Positions 54,520-63,954 of a stretch of DNA of 64,000 nt are shown here, piece after piece. Location: contig JAAXXZ010000003.1 of assembly GCA_013334245.1 (NCBI GenBank), positions 2 through 64,001 on the forward strand, read 5' to 3'. The stretch's first letter is position 1, and each line of letters opens with the position of its first letter. A program made the position numbers and the translations under genes. Source of the stretch: Candidatus Moraniibacteriota bacterium. GTDB taxonomy: Bacteria; Patescibacteriota; Minisyncoccia; Moranbacterales; UBA1568. The notes under the pieces were generated by a model, which was not told the origin of the DNA, did not search any database, and saw only the letters and a list, made by a program, of their open reading frames with translations.

Positions 54520-55889
54520 TTCATTAATGTCATCGGCAAATAAATATATTCAAGATCAACACCGCCAGGCGTCGTTGCCGTATCGGTCGTCTGCAGCTCG
54601 ATCTTAAATTCGACAAACTCATATGGTCCGCTGCCCGGCGGCCAATCATACATCGCAACGACCGCGCCATCCGTTTCACTCGTCAAAATAAGCCCGTAAG
54701 CTGTAGCACGATTAAATCGGACATAGACTTTGACCGTGTGACCAGCAAGCAGCGGATTGTGCCGCAAAACAATGCGGCGCGGTGAATGTGTAGCGCAATC
54801 GATCTCCCCTGTTTCAAGAACAGCGGCTGAAAGGCTATAATTGCTCGTTTTCGAAACTCTCAATTTAGACGCCGTAATAGGGCCTCCGGAATAGGCTTCA
54901 CATACGTATAGGCGTTCCCCTAAGAAAGGCATCGGATCATAGTCGTGCGAAGCTCCGCTTGTAACAGTAGGATATGATTCGACGAAAAAAACGCTCCCGG
55001 AATCAATATCAATCGCATACAATTTCCGAGTCGTATCATCTGACACAAAAAATCCAAAACCATCACAAATATACAGCGCGCGAACAGTAGGTGCAGACCA
55101 TGGTAAGCGTCGCAACAGCTTCAATTCACCGTCATAAAGATAAACGTCAAGGTACCCGGTCGCCGTAAGCGCATAAAACAAAGCCACATCATCTCCAAAA
55201 GACGTTCCAAAGTAAAAATGAAACGGTATAGAGTCCAACGCCTGATCGCGGACAAATTCGTCAGACTCCGTTTTCCGATAGATTTTATCATCATGCCGAA
55301 CAAACAATGTTGATCCGACAGTGAAAAAATATGTGTCACTACCCACTCCGAACTCATGAACCAGTTCATATGTGACAAAATCCTTCGTGCGCAATATGTT
55401 CAACTCACCTTCGCCCAAGTATATATATTCGTCAAAAAAACAAATATCCGTCACGTTTCCGATAGCCGGCGCAGTCTCCGTCCACGAATCACCGCCATCA
55501 AAAGAATACGTGAGGTGGGGCAAATCAGAATCAAACACAACGACCAAATCAGTCCCCTTTTTCGCAAAAATACTTTGGGCTGACGCGAATGTATAAGAGC
55601 ACGTTTTCTTTTTTGTCCACGTCAATCCATCAAGCGTCCTCCAAATCTCGACTAAAAGCGTCGCAGGATTCGTAAGAACCATAAACGCGCCGCGCGAATT
55701 TGACGCAAACCGAGTATCACCACTCGTAGTAGCCGCAATTTCTGAAGACACAGCAACAGACCGTGGCAAAACCAGGTCACCGCTGTCAGTCACGTTAAGC
55801 GTAGCCGATCGAAACCCGTCCGGCTCAAACGTCTTGTATCCGAGTCCCTTCCGAAACCCCTTGATCAACTTAGATTTTTCAGTGCTCAT
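54516..55889 (-). CDS. phage structural protein, putative receptor-binding/tail-fibre (beta-propeller-like repeats)
   Basis: 457 aa with repeated hydrophobic-aromatic blocks (YIYLGEG, YFFTVGSTLFV, FYALTATGYLDVYLY, LYAIDIDSGSVFFV) suggesting a propeller fold. Confidence 0.4.
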   Translation of the reverse strand: MSTEKSKLIKGFRKGLGYKTFEPDGFRSATLNVTDSGDLVLPRSVAVSSEIAATTSGDTRFASNSRGAFMVLTNPATLLVEIWRTLDGLTWTKKKTCSYTFASAQSIFAKKGTDLVVVFDSDLPHLTYSFDGGDSWTETAPAIGNVTDICFFDEYIYLGEGELNILRTKDFVTYELVHEFGVGSDTYFFTVGSTLFVRHDDKIYRKTESDEFVRDQALDSIPFHFYFGTSFGDDVALFYALTATGYLDVYLYDGELKLLRRLPWSAPTVRALYICDGFGFFVSDDTTRKLYAIDIDSGSVFFVESYPTVTSGASHDYDPMPFLGERLYVCEAYSGGPITASKLRVSKTSNYSLSAAVLETGEIDCATHSPRRIVLRHNPLLAGHTVKVYVRFNRATAYGLILTSETDGAVVAMYDWPPGSGPYEFVEFKIELQTTDTATTPGGVDLEYIYLPMTLMK

Positions 55890-56476
55890 ACGTTTGCTTG
55901 TTTGATTCGCTTTATCTCCTGATCCACTTCGTCACTCACCTCCTTCAAAACACGCCGTATTTCGTTTACATCGACATCAGGCATAAATTGTTTCGTCGTC
56001 GCCGTAAGCAAAACCAGTCGCCGAAGGTATCGAGAAACTCCCAAAAGCGCGGCGACAGGTAGATACCGTTCCGGAATATCAAGCGTGGTTCCGTCCGCAG
56101 TTGGGACCGTAAATGCGACGCGTCGATGAATCGTAATGGTTTTACCGCTTCCCGGTGCAAGCAGAAAAATTATCTCAGTCGCGGTCTGATAAAAGCGGTT
56201 CTGTCCGCCGTCTCGACAAACATCAATACGCTCGCGCTCATCAAGCGCGATCTCCTCGTATTCCTCGTCGCCGACCAAAATTCCATAGATACCAATCGTT
56301 CCGGAAGGCTTCGAAAAAATAGCGGTCGATCCATTGCCGGTCAGACTCGTGTCCTCGTCGTCAAGCCAAAAGAAATTCGACAAATGCCGAATCGCGTCGG
56401 CAGCCGCGATCGTAACGTCGGCCGAAGAATCGGCGACATAATTCTTGATAACCGTCTTAAATTCTGCGTACGTCAT
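55886..56476 (-). CDS. phage hypothetical protein (possible head-tail adaptor)
   Basis: ATG at 56476 (MTYAEFKTVIKNY...). Positioned between capsid and fibre genes. Confidence 0.35.
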   Translation of the reverse strand: MTYAEFKTVIKNYVADSSADVTIAAADAIRHLSNFFWLDDEDTSLTGNGSTAIFSKPSGTIGIYGILVGDEEYEEIALDERERIDVCRDGGQNRFYQTATEIIFLLAPGSGKTITIHRRVAFTVPTADGTTLDIPERYLPVAALLGVSRYLRRLVLLTATTKQFMPDVDVNEIRRVLKEVSDEVDQEIKRIKQANV

Positions 56477-56651
56477 ACATGGTATGTTAGTGATTCCTCC
56501 GAAAAGCCCTGTTGGCGGGAAACTTCTGCTTGCGTCCGGACGACGGAACGACACGCCGCTACCGGAACCATCAGAGCTATTCGGAAGGATCAACAATTGT
56601 TGACCTTCCGGAATGTCGACATTGGCCGGCCGGCCATAGTCGACATTCCTT

Positions 56652-56885
56652 TCATTTCTTGTCTCCGTCTCCTTCGGGTTCCTTGTCCCCTTCCGGAACA
56701 GTCGGCTCCTCCGGTACTTCCTCAACTGCCTCAAGCGCATCATCCTCACTCAACTTTTTTATGAGCGCCTTGTTGTCCGTCTCGAACGGATCCCGATCCG
56801 TCAACGTGACCTTCTCGCCGCCGTAGAATCCAACATGGATCCCAGCGCGAAGGTTTATTCGTCTAAATTTCGCCATAATCGTCAT
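56652..56885 (-). CDS. small phage protein with acidic C-terminal tail
   Basis: MTIMAKFRRINLRAGIHVGFYGGEKVTL...EEVPEEPTVPEGDKEPEGDGDKK, immediately after the capsid gene. Confidence 0.3.
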   Translation of the reverse strand: MTIMAKFRRINLRAGIHVGFYGGEKVTLTDRDPFETDNKALIKKLSEDDALEAVEEVPEEPTVPEGDKEPEGDGDKK

Positions 56886-56945
56886 TTGTCGGATTAAATC
56901 CCCGAAGAGAGGATCCGGCCGGCCATCCGGCCGGATCCGCTGCAA

Positions 56946-58094
56946 TCAGGAGATGCCGTAGCAGCGGGTGCCGGCCCCGTTCCGGAAGTCTCCGGTATAG
57001 AGTCCAAGAACCTGCTTCGCCTTCTTCTTCCCGTTGGCAGGGAGATCGTAGGTCGCGAGCGCTCCGGAAACCTGTCCGTTTTCCATCGCACCATACGCGA
57101 TCCGCTCATCATCGACGATCAACATCTCGGAAGAAAGCATGTCACGGTCAGCTCGCAGTTCGAGATCAAACCCGAGAGCCGTAATAACCGCAACCGAAAG
57201 ACCGGCGCGACGCTCGTCACTCTTCATCTGCAGCTTGCCAGTGTAGAGCTGTTCGAGGGCAGCGATGGCATGAATCGAACCATGTATCGCCGTCGGTACC
57301 AGTCCAGCCGCAAGATGCGTCTCAAGCGCCGAATACAGCTTAGCCTCCGTAAGAGACCCACCGACGTTCGACGTGTTCGAAATGAACTGCCGAAGTCCGC
57401 CCATGGTCGCGACCTTGTTGGTCGTGTCATTGTTGCGGAGTCCGTAGATCAACGCGCGGTTCAGCAGCCGTAAGGTCTCCTTCGTCTTCACCGCAACCGC
57501 CATATCAAGCGCATCACCGAAGTCTGCTCCGGAAGCGATCGCCAGCTGCAGCGATTCATCGGCAACGTCCTCAAACTCCTGGACATAGTTGTAGTCCTCC
57601 GTAAAGCCCTGAAAGTTGGCCGTCATCGCATCCCCGCCTTCGACCTGCGCGTTACCGATGATCGTGACCGTAAACGCTGTGGTCGGCTGCGCCGTTGCCG
57701 TCGAGCCCCCATGTCCGCGCCCGTATACGTCAATCGTATTCGATCCGGTCGTCACCGTTTTAACGACAACCTGTTCACTGCCGTTCGGCAAAAGCAGAAC
57801 ATCGCCAACGCGGATCTTGGTTATATCACCCGAGGCAATCGGAAGGCTCGCCGTAACACCTGTCGAGTTCCACAGCACTCCTGCTCCGGATGTTCCAGAA
57901 GTAACTGTGACCACCCGCGCCGCAAGATTCCGCCACTCGTGCTTCGTCTTCGTAACCATCGCACCAAACCGACTCTTAATCGGCCGCAGGTGCCGGACAA
58001 ACGACAGATACCGCATATCGTTATCCGTCAGGAACAGGGTATCAATCACTGGGGAAAGATCCTCCCTGGTCCGAATATCTCCTATCAACATCAC
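56946..58094 (-). CDS. phage major capsid protein (HK97-fold likely)
   Basis: 382 aa, follows the scaffold gene. Gly/Ala/Thr-rich beta/alpha pattern typical of MCPs. No sequence motif is diagnostic. Confidence 0.55.
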   Translation of the reverse strand: MMLIGDIRTREDLSPVIDTLFLTDNDMRYLSFVRHLRPIKSRFGAMVTKTKHEWRNLAARVVTVTSGTSGAGVLWNSTGVTASLPIASGDITKIRVGDVLLLPNGSEQVVVKTVTTGSNTIDVYGRGHGGSTATAQPTTAFTVTIIGNAQVEGGDAMTANFQGFTEDYNYVQEFEDVADESLQLAIASGADFGDALDMAVAVKTKETLRLLNRALIYGLRNNDTTNKVATMGGLRQFISNTSNVGGSLTEAKLYSALETHLAAGLVPTAIHGSIHAIAALEQLYTGKLQMKSDERRAGLSVAVITALGFDLELRADRDMLSSEMLIVDDERIAYGAMENGQVSGALATYDLPANGKKKAKQVLGLYTGDFRNGAGTRCYGIS

Positions 58095-58168
58095 TTTGAA
58101 AGAACGACCGCCACCTCGCTACACCTCATCGCACACCTCGTCATCCCGTACTATCGAATTAAAACCGC

Positions 58169-58879
58169 TTACTGACTAAGACCATTCCGGACTCGCGTGA
58201 GTCGCATCACCTCGACGGATTTCTGGACACCGCTCATATTCTGGTCCTTCTGGACCTTCTCAATCGCTGCATCCACATCCGCCGCTGTGCCATAGGCAGG
58301 AGCCGCAAAATACCGACTATCGCCGTATATCTGCTTATTCCTCGCCCGCTGCGCCTCGACGATCTTTTCGATCGCCGCGTCGTCCTTGTCGATAAGCAGT
58401 TCCGGAAGAATATCCGGATACTTCTCGGCAAGAATCTTCTCGCGCTTTTCCCTCTGAACCGTCGCCAGTTCATCGGTAAGCCGTTTGACCTCCTCGCGCA
58501 TCGATTCGACAATCTGAGACAAAGCCGAACCATCCGCGCCCTTCATGCGCTCAAGTTCGGCCTGCGCCGCCTTAAGCTGCTTATCCCGCTCCGTCAGTTT
58601 GGCGTGGAGGGCCTGGATATTCGGATCCAAGTTACCGCCGTCGCCAGGTTTGCCGCCGCCGGCATCCGGATTGCCGTTCCCTTTCGGGTCAGGGTCCTTA
58701 TTGCCGTCGCCGGGACCTTTTTCACCCTCCGACTTCGTCTCTCCGATCATGAAGATCCCCAGCGGCAAAACCGCCGGACCCGCGACCATCGCCACAAGAG
58801 CGACGACCGCAGCAAAGAAAATCCGCCTTCGGTTGAAAACAATAGAATCCATCACCTCCTGTATCATGCTCCGCATCAT
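58169..58879 (-). CDS. phage scaffolding-like protein (N-terminal TM, Gly/Pro/Asp-rich linker, coiled coil)
   Basis: KLTERDKQLKAAQAELERMKGADG...EEVKRLTDELATVQREKREKILAEK, a heptad-rich helical segment. Sits between portal-proximal genes and capsid. Confidence 0.45.
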   Translation of the reverse strand: MMRSMIQEVMDSIVFNRRRIFFAAVVALVAMVAGPAVLPLGIFMIGETKSEGEKGPGDGNKDPDPKGNGNPDAGGGKPGDGGNLDPNIQALHAKLTERDKQLKAAQAELERMKGADGSALSQIVESMREEVKRLTDELATVQREKREKILAEKYPDILPELLIDKDDAAIEKIVEAQRARNKQIYGDSRYFAAPAYGTAADVDAAIEKVQKDQNMSGVQKSVEVMRLTRVRNGLSQ

Positions 58880-58963
58880 ATGTTTGTCATCGTTCGTTTT
58901 TTGATAATCCGCCGCCGCTCCTTCTCGATCTTCCGCCGATATTCCCGATTCCCGACATCCGGC

Positions 58964-59359
58964 TCAAGTTTCGCTATCCCCTGCCGGAGGCTCCTCCGCG
59001 CCTTCCGATATTTCGACCGCCACCGATGCCTCAATATCAAGAATGAGGCAGAGAGGATCATCCGGAAACGGCACCAAACTCCGTGTTTCATACGGTTTTT
59101 TCCTTAGTCGATTTATAAATGCCTTTGTAGGGCCAATTTGAAGCGGCGCGTCATTGCAGACGTACACCAAAGACCCCTCTTCAACCCCAGCCGCCTTAAA
59201 CGCGGGCGACAAATGCGGCGAAGTGGCATACGTCCTCGTTACTATTTCTCCATCCTTCACGACATCAAACCACACCTTTACATCGTTCATGTAAGGCGGA
59301 ATCTGTACAAAATCTCGTAAAATATGCACTTCCATATGTTTATGCCGTTCGTTTAACAC
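58964..59359 (-). CDS. phage hypothetical protein
   Basis: 131-aa ORF, no motif. Confidence 0.3.
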   Translation of the reverse strand: MLNERHKHMEVHILRDFVQIPPYMNDVKVWFDVVKDGEIVTRTYATSPHLSPAFKAAGVEEGSLVYVCNDAPLQIGPTKAFINRLRKKPYETRSLVPFPDDPLCLILDIEASVAVEISEGAEEPPAGDSET

Positions 59360-60209
59360 CTGCGGCCAAAATCCGCAGATCTGTTATCGCTGCCGACAAT
59401 TGTGCGGTCCAATTTTCATTCGCAACCGGCTGCAGCATCGGGACATCAGAAAAATCAATTCGCACCGTCTCGCCGGCCGGCACATTGACCGATAGTAACA
59501 CTGTGCCAGCAGTCGCCGCTCGAATATCGACACGCACCGCGCTCGCGCTTGTGTTCGTAAACATCATCCAGGAAGGATCAACATATACGCCCGCCCCTGC
59601 GGCCGCAAGCAGCGTCGTCTCGGTCGTTGTCGTCAAGATAAGAGGCATTTGCACCATCTGCGCACGCACTCCCAGCGCGACCATAACCTGCTTACCCAGC
59701 AAATCAAACATTGCGTCCACTCGATCAGCATTCGCAACAGCCGCCCTATCAGCACTTCCAGCTCGCCCACCTACTTTCACCGGATTGGATGAATCGACTG
59801 CATCATGACCCGCGTTGCCGTTAATGGAAGCAGAAACAGTATTCAGTAATCCTACAATCGGTTGTGTGGACAATAACACCGTCGCGGTACGCGTACCGGA
59901 CGTATATGCCGATACTCGAATCCGGAAATAGACGGTCGGAACCATGCCATACCATTGTCCCGCAGAGGTAGCGCTCGTTGTTGCAGATCCTCCAGCAACC
60001 GGTACCAACGCACAGGAGCTCCAATTTATACCGTCATTAGAACACTCAAAAATTACCGTACCAACAAACGTACCTGATAGTTGCACGACGACCGAATCAA
60101 ACAGATCCATCAAAATCGGCGATCCGTCAGATGTCAAAATATTGTTAGTCAAAGCAGCCGCAGAACCCTGCATCAACTCTGTGTGTGAATTTGGTACGAC
60201 TCTGCTCAT
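59340..60209 (-). CDS. phage hypothetical structural protein (Ala/Thr/Ser/Val-rich)
   Basis: 289 aa, between the portal and scaffold genes, so a minor head protein or protease slot. No protease motif seen. Confidence 0.35.
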   Translation of the reverse strand: MSRVVPNSHTELMQGSAAALTNNILTSDGSPILMDLFDSVVVQLSGTFVGTVIFECSNDGINWSSCALVPVAGGSATTSATSAGQWYGMVPTVYFRIRVSAYTSGTRTATVLLSTQPIVGLLNTVSASINGNAGHDAVDSSNPVKVGGRAGSADRAAVANADRVDAMFDLLGKQVMVALGVRAQMVQMPLILTTTTETTLLAAAGAGVYVDPSWMMFTNTSASAVRVDIRAATAGTVLLSVNVPAGETVRIDFSDVPMLQPVANENWTAQLSAAITDLRILAAGVKRTA

Positions 60210-61570
60210 AGCCCTTTCTTGTTCTTTTCAACTTCATCACTGGGCTTAAAAAACTCGCGCTCTTTCAGAATCTCTGCGAGCTTCAAGTCAGCGTCTTCAC
60301 CGCCCCGCAACTCCTCGATCGCGTCTCGACGAGAAATCAAACTGGCATCAACCATCATCGTCATTTCCTCGACCTTCGCCTTCGTATCCTGCGGCAGTGC
60401 CGGATGATAAACGGGATCTGTATGATAGTCGCCATCGGTCGCACCGAAACGATACGTAAGGATCGCCCGATTCAGTGCGCGGAATCCCTCATCCCAGAAA
60501 ACGCGCATATAGGCGACCGCATCAAGCATGTCGTTGTATTGGTAGGCCAAAGAAACGCCGGAAACCGCGCTCTTGATCGTACCAGCGGAATCAACCAAAC
60601 ACAGCTTGGTCTTGATTTGTTCGCGGATATCCGACACATACGCCGCGATATCCTCAGCGTCCGGAACCGTCAGATATTTAGCGTCAGCGCCCTTTTCAAG
60701 ACGCGTAACCTTCTTCCGCCCTCGCTTGACCGCCGACTCGTCCTTTACCAAGTCGGACATAAAAACCAGATGCGGATCGGTATTGTCGCCGACTCGCTTT
60801 GACCAATCGCTCGTGCGTCGATTCAGATCCTCTTCAAGGCTTCGGACGGAGCGCAATTTCGGCCGACCGTTCATGCTGTGCGGCTTCGGACGGTTGGGCA
60901 TAAAAGAATACGGCACAACATGCGAAACATTATCGCCCTGCGCCTTTACGGCATCGTCCTCGATGACGACATACGCGTCGCGAGTCCAATACGTAACCCG
61001 CTTCGTCAGCGTCATGTGCGCATTGTAAAACTCCTCCGTATGTGCGGCAGCGGCAAGCCCATCGGCGTCAAACAGAAACGAGCATCGCGTCGGGTCAACG
61101 GATCGAATCATGGCCCGCTTCGTCGTCGGATCTTGCGGATAATACAGAACCGCCGATCCACCGACCAGAAAGTTTTGCCCCTGCTCGAGCAAAATCGCCG
61201 ACAGGTTTGACCGCTTGTACACGTCGATGATCTCCTGTTCATACTTCGAGCGCTTGGCCTTGTCCTGCTCGTAAGTCTTCACGCCGATTTCAAGCACCTG
61301 CGTCCGCGGATTGATCGGAAACAATTTGCCGAGATATTTGTCCGTATAATCTTCGGAAAGATTCAGCGTCAAAACGGGCGCGTCCTCGCGCTCGAGTTTC
61401 TCGGCCGCATCCCACTGGTTACCATCAAAAACAAAGGAAAATGCCTTTGCGAACTCCGATTCGCGCTCGCGTCGTCCCTTCTCCGTCGCGGAGATGAAAT
61501 CACTCGCCGCGCGCACGAGCGCCGCATTCGTCGGACTCACTGCCGTCTTGATTTTATTGAAAATACCCAT
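60206..61570 (-). CDS. phage portal protein (putative)
   Basis: 454 aa, immediately downstream of the large terminase in transcription order. Size and charge pattern are typical of portals. Confidence 0.5.
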   Translation of the reverse strand: MGIFNKIKTAVSPTNAALVRAASDFISATEKGRRERESEFAKAFSFVFDGNQWDAAEKLEREDAPVLTLNLSEDYTDKYLGKLFPINPRTQVLEIGVKTYEQDKAKRSKYEQEIIDVYKRSNLSAILLEQGQNFLVGGSAVLYYPQDPTTKRAMIRSVDPTRCSFLFDADGLAAAAHTEEFYNAHMTLTKRVTYWTRDAYVVIEDDAVKAQGDNVSHVVPYSFMPNRPKPHSMNGRPKLRSVRSLEEDLNRRTSDWSKRVGDNTDPHLVFMSDLVKDESAVKRGRKKVTRLEKGADAKYLTVPDAEDIAAYVSDIREQIKTKLCLVDSAGTIKSAVSGVSLAYQYNDMLDAVAYMRVFWDEGFRALNRAILTYRFGATDGDYHTDPVYHPALPQDTKAKVEEMTMMVDASLISRRDAIEELRGGEDADLKLAEILKEREFFKPSDEVEKNKKGL

Positions 61571-61580
61571 ACATCGTATC

Positions 61581-61787
61581 TTATTTGAAACACTCCTCCT
61601 TCATCTTCAACCAGATATCCACTCCGCATTCCGGACACGTCGCCGCCTTCGTTGCCTTTCCCTGCTCGCTGTTGTCATGTATCAAACCGATCATCTTCTG
61701 CTTATCATTCCATCCGACCGTCGTCGCCGGGATCATGCATATCGGACACATGAACCGACTTGCGTATAGCTCATCCGAGATCTCCAT
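61581..61787 (-). CDS. small zinc-ribbon protein
   Basis: CPIC...CPEC, two CxxC pairs in 68 aa. Confidence 0.4.
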   Translation of the reverse strand: MEISDELYASRFMCPICMIPATTVGWNDKQKMIGLIHDNSEQGKATKAATCPECGVDIWLKMKEECFK

Positions 61788-63138
61788 ACTTCACCGTCTC
61801 AATGGTTATGCCCGATGCCGCGATGGCAAGCGCCATCAGCCAGTCGGTATCGAGATTGACATCGCTTCTCTGATAGACGGTCATCTCGTCGGCCAATGCC
61901 GGAATGAACGGCGCCACCAGCAGCCCGGCATCAATCACCGCCTGCAAATGATCAAGCAGCTCGTCCTTGCGCCCGCCGCGGAAGTCAACGGGATCAGCGA
62001 TATCCATCAAAATGCCGTACAGCGTATCACCGACACCGGTCGAGTCGAGCCGCACATCCTCGCGTGTCTCATAGTGCGAAGCGCGGATCTCCCGTTCGAT
62101 GGATGATTGCTCAATGACTCGTCCCTCGGCCGCGTTGATGTTCTCGCGCTCCTTCTCGGTCCATGGCAGCTGGAAGTTCCACGTCTTCACCACGCGCGCC
62201 GGCCGCTCGGTTACGTCCAGCCGTATCCCTACAGTCTGGTCCGACTGGCTCCCCTTGCGGCCTCGTGCGAGATCCCATCCCGACAGGTATTTCCGGCCGA
62301 CCTGTGGCTCTTCAAAGGTCAGGTCGTCGCGGAACAATACCGGCACACGGGAAGCAAACATCATCGTACCCGTGTCGATGGACTTGCCGTAGATCGTCTG
62401 CTGCACGCGGGCCTCACTCCACGAGCTCGTGATATACCGGAGCAAGTCATGATCGATCCACGGATTTTCAAAAGAACTCCCACCGCGGACATACCCGCCG
62501 GCCCGCCCTATCTTCTCGACGACGCGCCAGTAGGCGTTCTTCCCCTTCGGCGTTGCGAAGAAGTCCAACTGACTATCCGGGTATTTGCGAGTGCGAGGAA
62601 GGAGAATGGATTCGCGGATGAACTCAAGATATGGCTCAAGCGCGATTTCGTCCGCACTGATATAGCCGTACTCCTTACCTTCAACCGATTCCGCCTTCTT
62701 CTTCGTCGTCTTGAACTCCGTCTCGGACCCGAAACGATATCGAATCCGAGGAACCGGAGAACTGACAATCCCATTTTTCGGAATCAATCCGAGTCGTGAA
62801 AGAACTGGACTCTCCTGCGCGTACCTCACGATCCGCGCTTGAACCATCTCCGCCTGCTCGATAGTAATCGCTATATTCAGCGTTCGATATGCAGGATCGA
62901 AGAGATGGCTCAAGATGAACCGCAAATGCTTAATGGCGATAACCTCCGTCTTTCCAAAACCGTTCCCAGGATGAAGCGCGTTTTCCTTAAACTGCGCTTT
63001 CGATAGGAATTCCGACTGTCCATCATGCAACTTCCCTTTCAAAACGCACTCGACAAACGGCTGCCAATCCCCCTCATTCTGAATCTTCGCAAGCGACCAA
63101 GTGATCAAATCTATCAACTTCGCATCAATGTCAGTCAT
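61771..63138 (-). CDS. phage terminase large subunit
   Basis: The ATPase N-domain has HDGQSEFL and HPGNGFGKT (Walker A-like). The C-terminal nuclease has DVRLDSTGVGD and DWLMALAIAA. ATG 63138 chosen because the first codon of the track ORF is TTG. Confidence 0.8.
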   Translation of the reverse strand: MTDIDAKLIDLITWSLAKIQNEGDWQPFVECVLKGKLHDGQSEFLSKAQFKENALHPGNGFGKTEVIAIKHLRFILSHLFDPAYRTLNIAITIEQAEMVQARIVRYAQESPVLSRLGLIPKNGIVSSPVPRIRYRFGSETEFKTTKKKAESVEGKEYGYISADEIALEPYLEFIRESILLPRTRKYPDSQLDFFATPKGKNAYWRVVEKIGRAGGYVRGGSSFENPWIDHDLLRYITSSWSEARVQQTIYGKSIDTGTMMFASRVPVLFRDDLTFEEPQVGRKYLSGWDLARGRKGSQSDQTVGIRLDVTERPARVVKTWNFQLPWTEKERENINAAEGRVIEQSSIEREIRASHYETREDVRLDSTGVGDTLYGILMDIADPVDFRGGRKDELLDHLQAVIDAGLLVAPFIPALADEMTVYQRSDVNLDTDWLMALAIAASGITIETVKYGDLG

Positions 63139-63690
63139 ACGCCATTTCGAATCACATCCGATTTGATATCGCCCATTCCAACGCACCACCCCTTCGAACC
63201 ACAAAGCCCCTACTGCTTGGCCGTCCCCCTACTGAATCGATCGCGGGCCTCGTACTGCTTCGGTGTGTGTCGTCGCGAATACTGCTGGGCGTGTCATTCG
63301 TGGCCCCTACCTTCGAACCGTATCCGTGGTGGCTTGCACGAAAGGTGGTCGTCTGCACCAAGCGCAACCGCGTGGCAAGCTCCCCGTAGCAGAGTGGCAC
63401 GTTCCTACTCGACACCCGGCTGGCCTCGTCCCGCCTATCCGGCCCCTACCAAACCCGATTCGGCCAGATGTGCTTCGGAGTACGTCTACGCTCCTTCGCG
63501 CTGGTACCTTATGGCCTCAAAAGGATGGGGACTATTCCGATTCGCGCGCTACGGGCTCACCGTCGTCCGAGGGGCCCCCGCCCCACGGCCTAGGCGATCC
63601 CGTTCCGAAGCAGGTCAGGGCACCCCGCCGTCCCCTCTACCCCCCCGGACCCCCCGTACTCTCCCGGCATCCCCGATATTGACGGGGGCC

Positions 63691-63954
63691 TCATTGGTTC
63701 GGGGGGGAGAGGAGCACTCTTGGGGGCCCTTCGGAAAGGCATTCCCCCGAGGGCGACTGATACCGGCCCGACCGTCGTGTCCGCACCGCGGCCCCGCCGT
63801 ATGTCGGACCGGCAAGGTTTCGCCCTCCTCCCCTGCCTTTCCGCCCTGCTTTCGGACGCGCGCCCAACCGTTTCCGATTCTTCTTCTTCGCCTCTTTCCC
63901 GCCCCTGCCCTTGGGTGGTTTCTGCTTCGTTGGATCTGGCTTGCGCTCGGGCAT
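63691..63954 (-). CDS. small highly basic protein upstream of terL (possible small terminase / DNA-binding). Very tentative.
   Basis: MPERKPDPTKQKPPKGRGGKEAKKKNRKRLGARPKAGRKGRGG... Lies in an extremely GC-rich stretch and could be non-coding. Confidence 0.2.
   Translation of the reverse strand: MPERKPDPTKQKPPKGRGGKEAKKKNRKRLGARPKAGRKGRGGGRNLAGPTYGGAAVRTRRSGRYQSPSGECLSEGPPRVLLSPPNQ

Noticed and set aside
63263-63682. 139-aa Pro-rich plus-strand ORF and 63152-63415 minus-strand ORF upstream of terL
   Set aside because: Lie in the homopolymer-rich GC stretch. Composition (P/R/G) is what such DNA yields in any frame.
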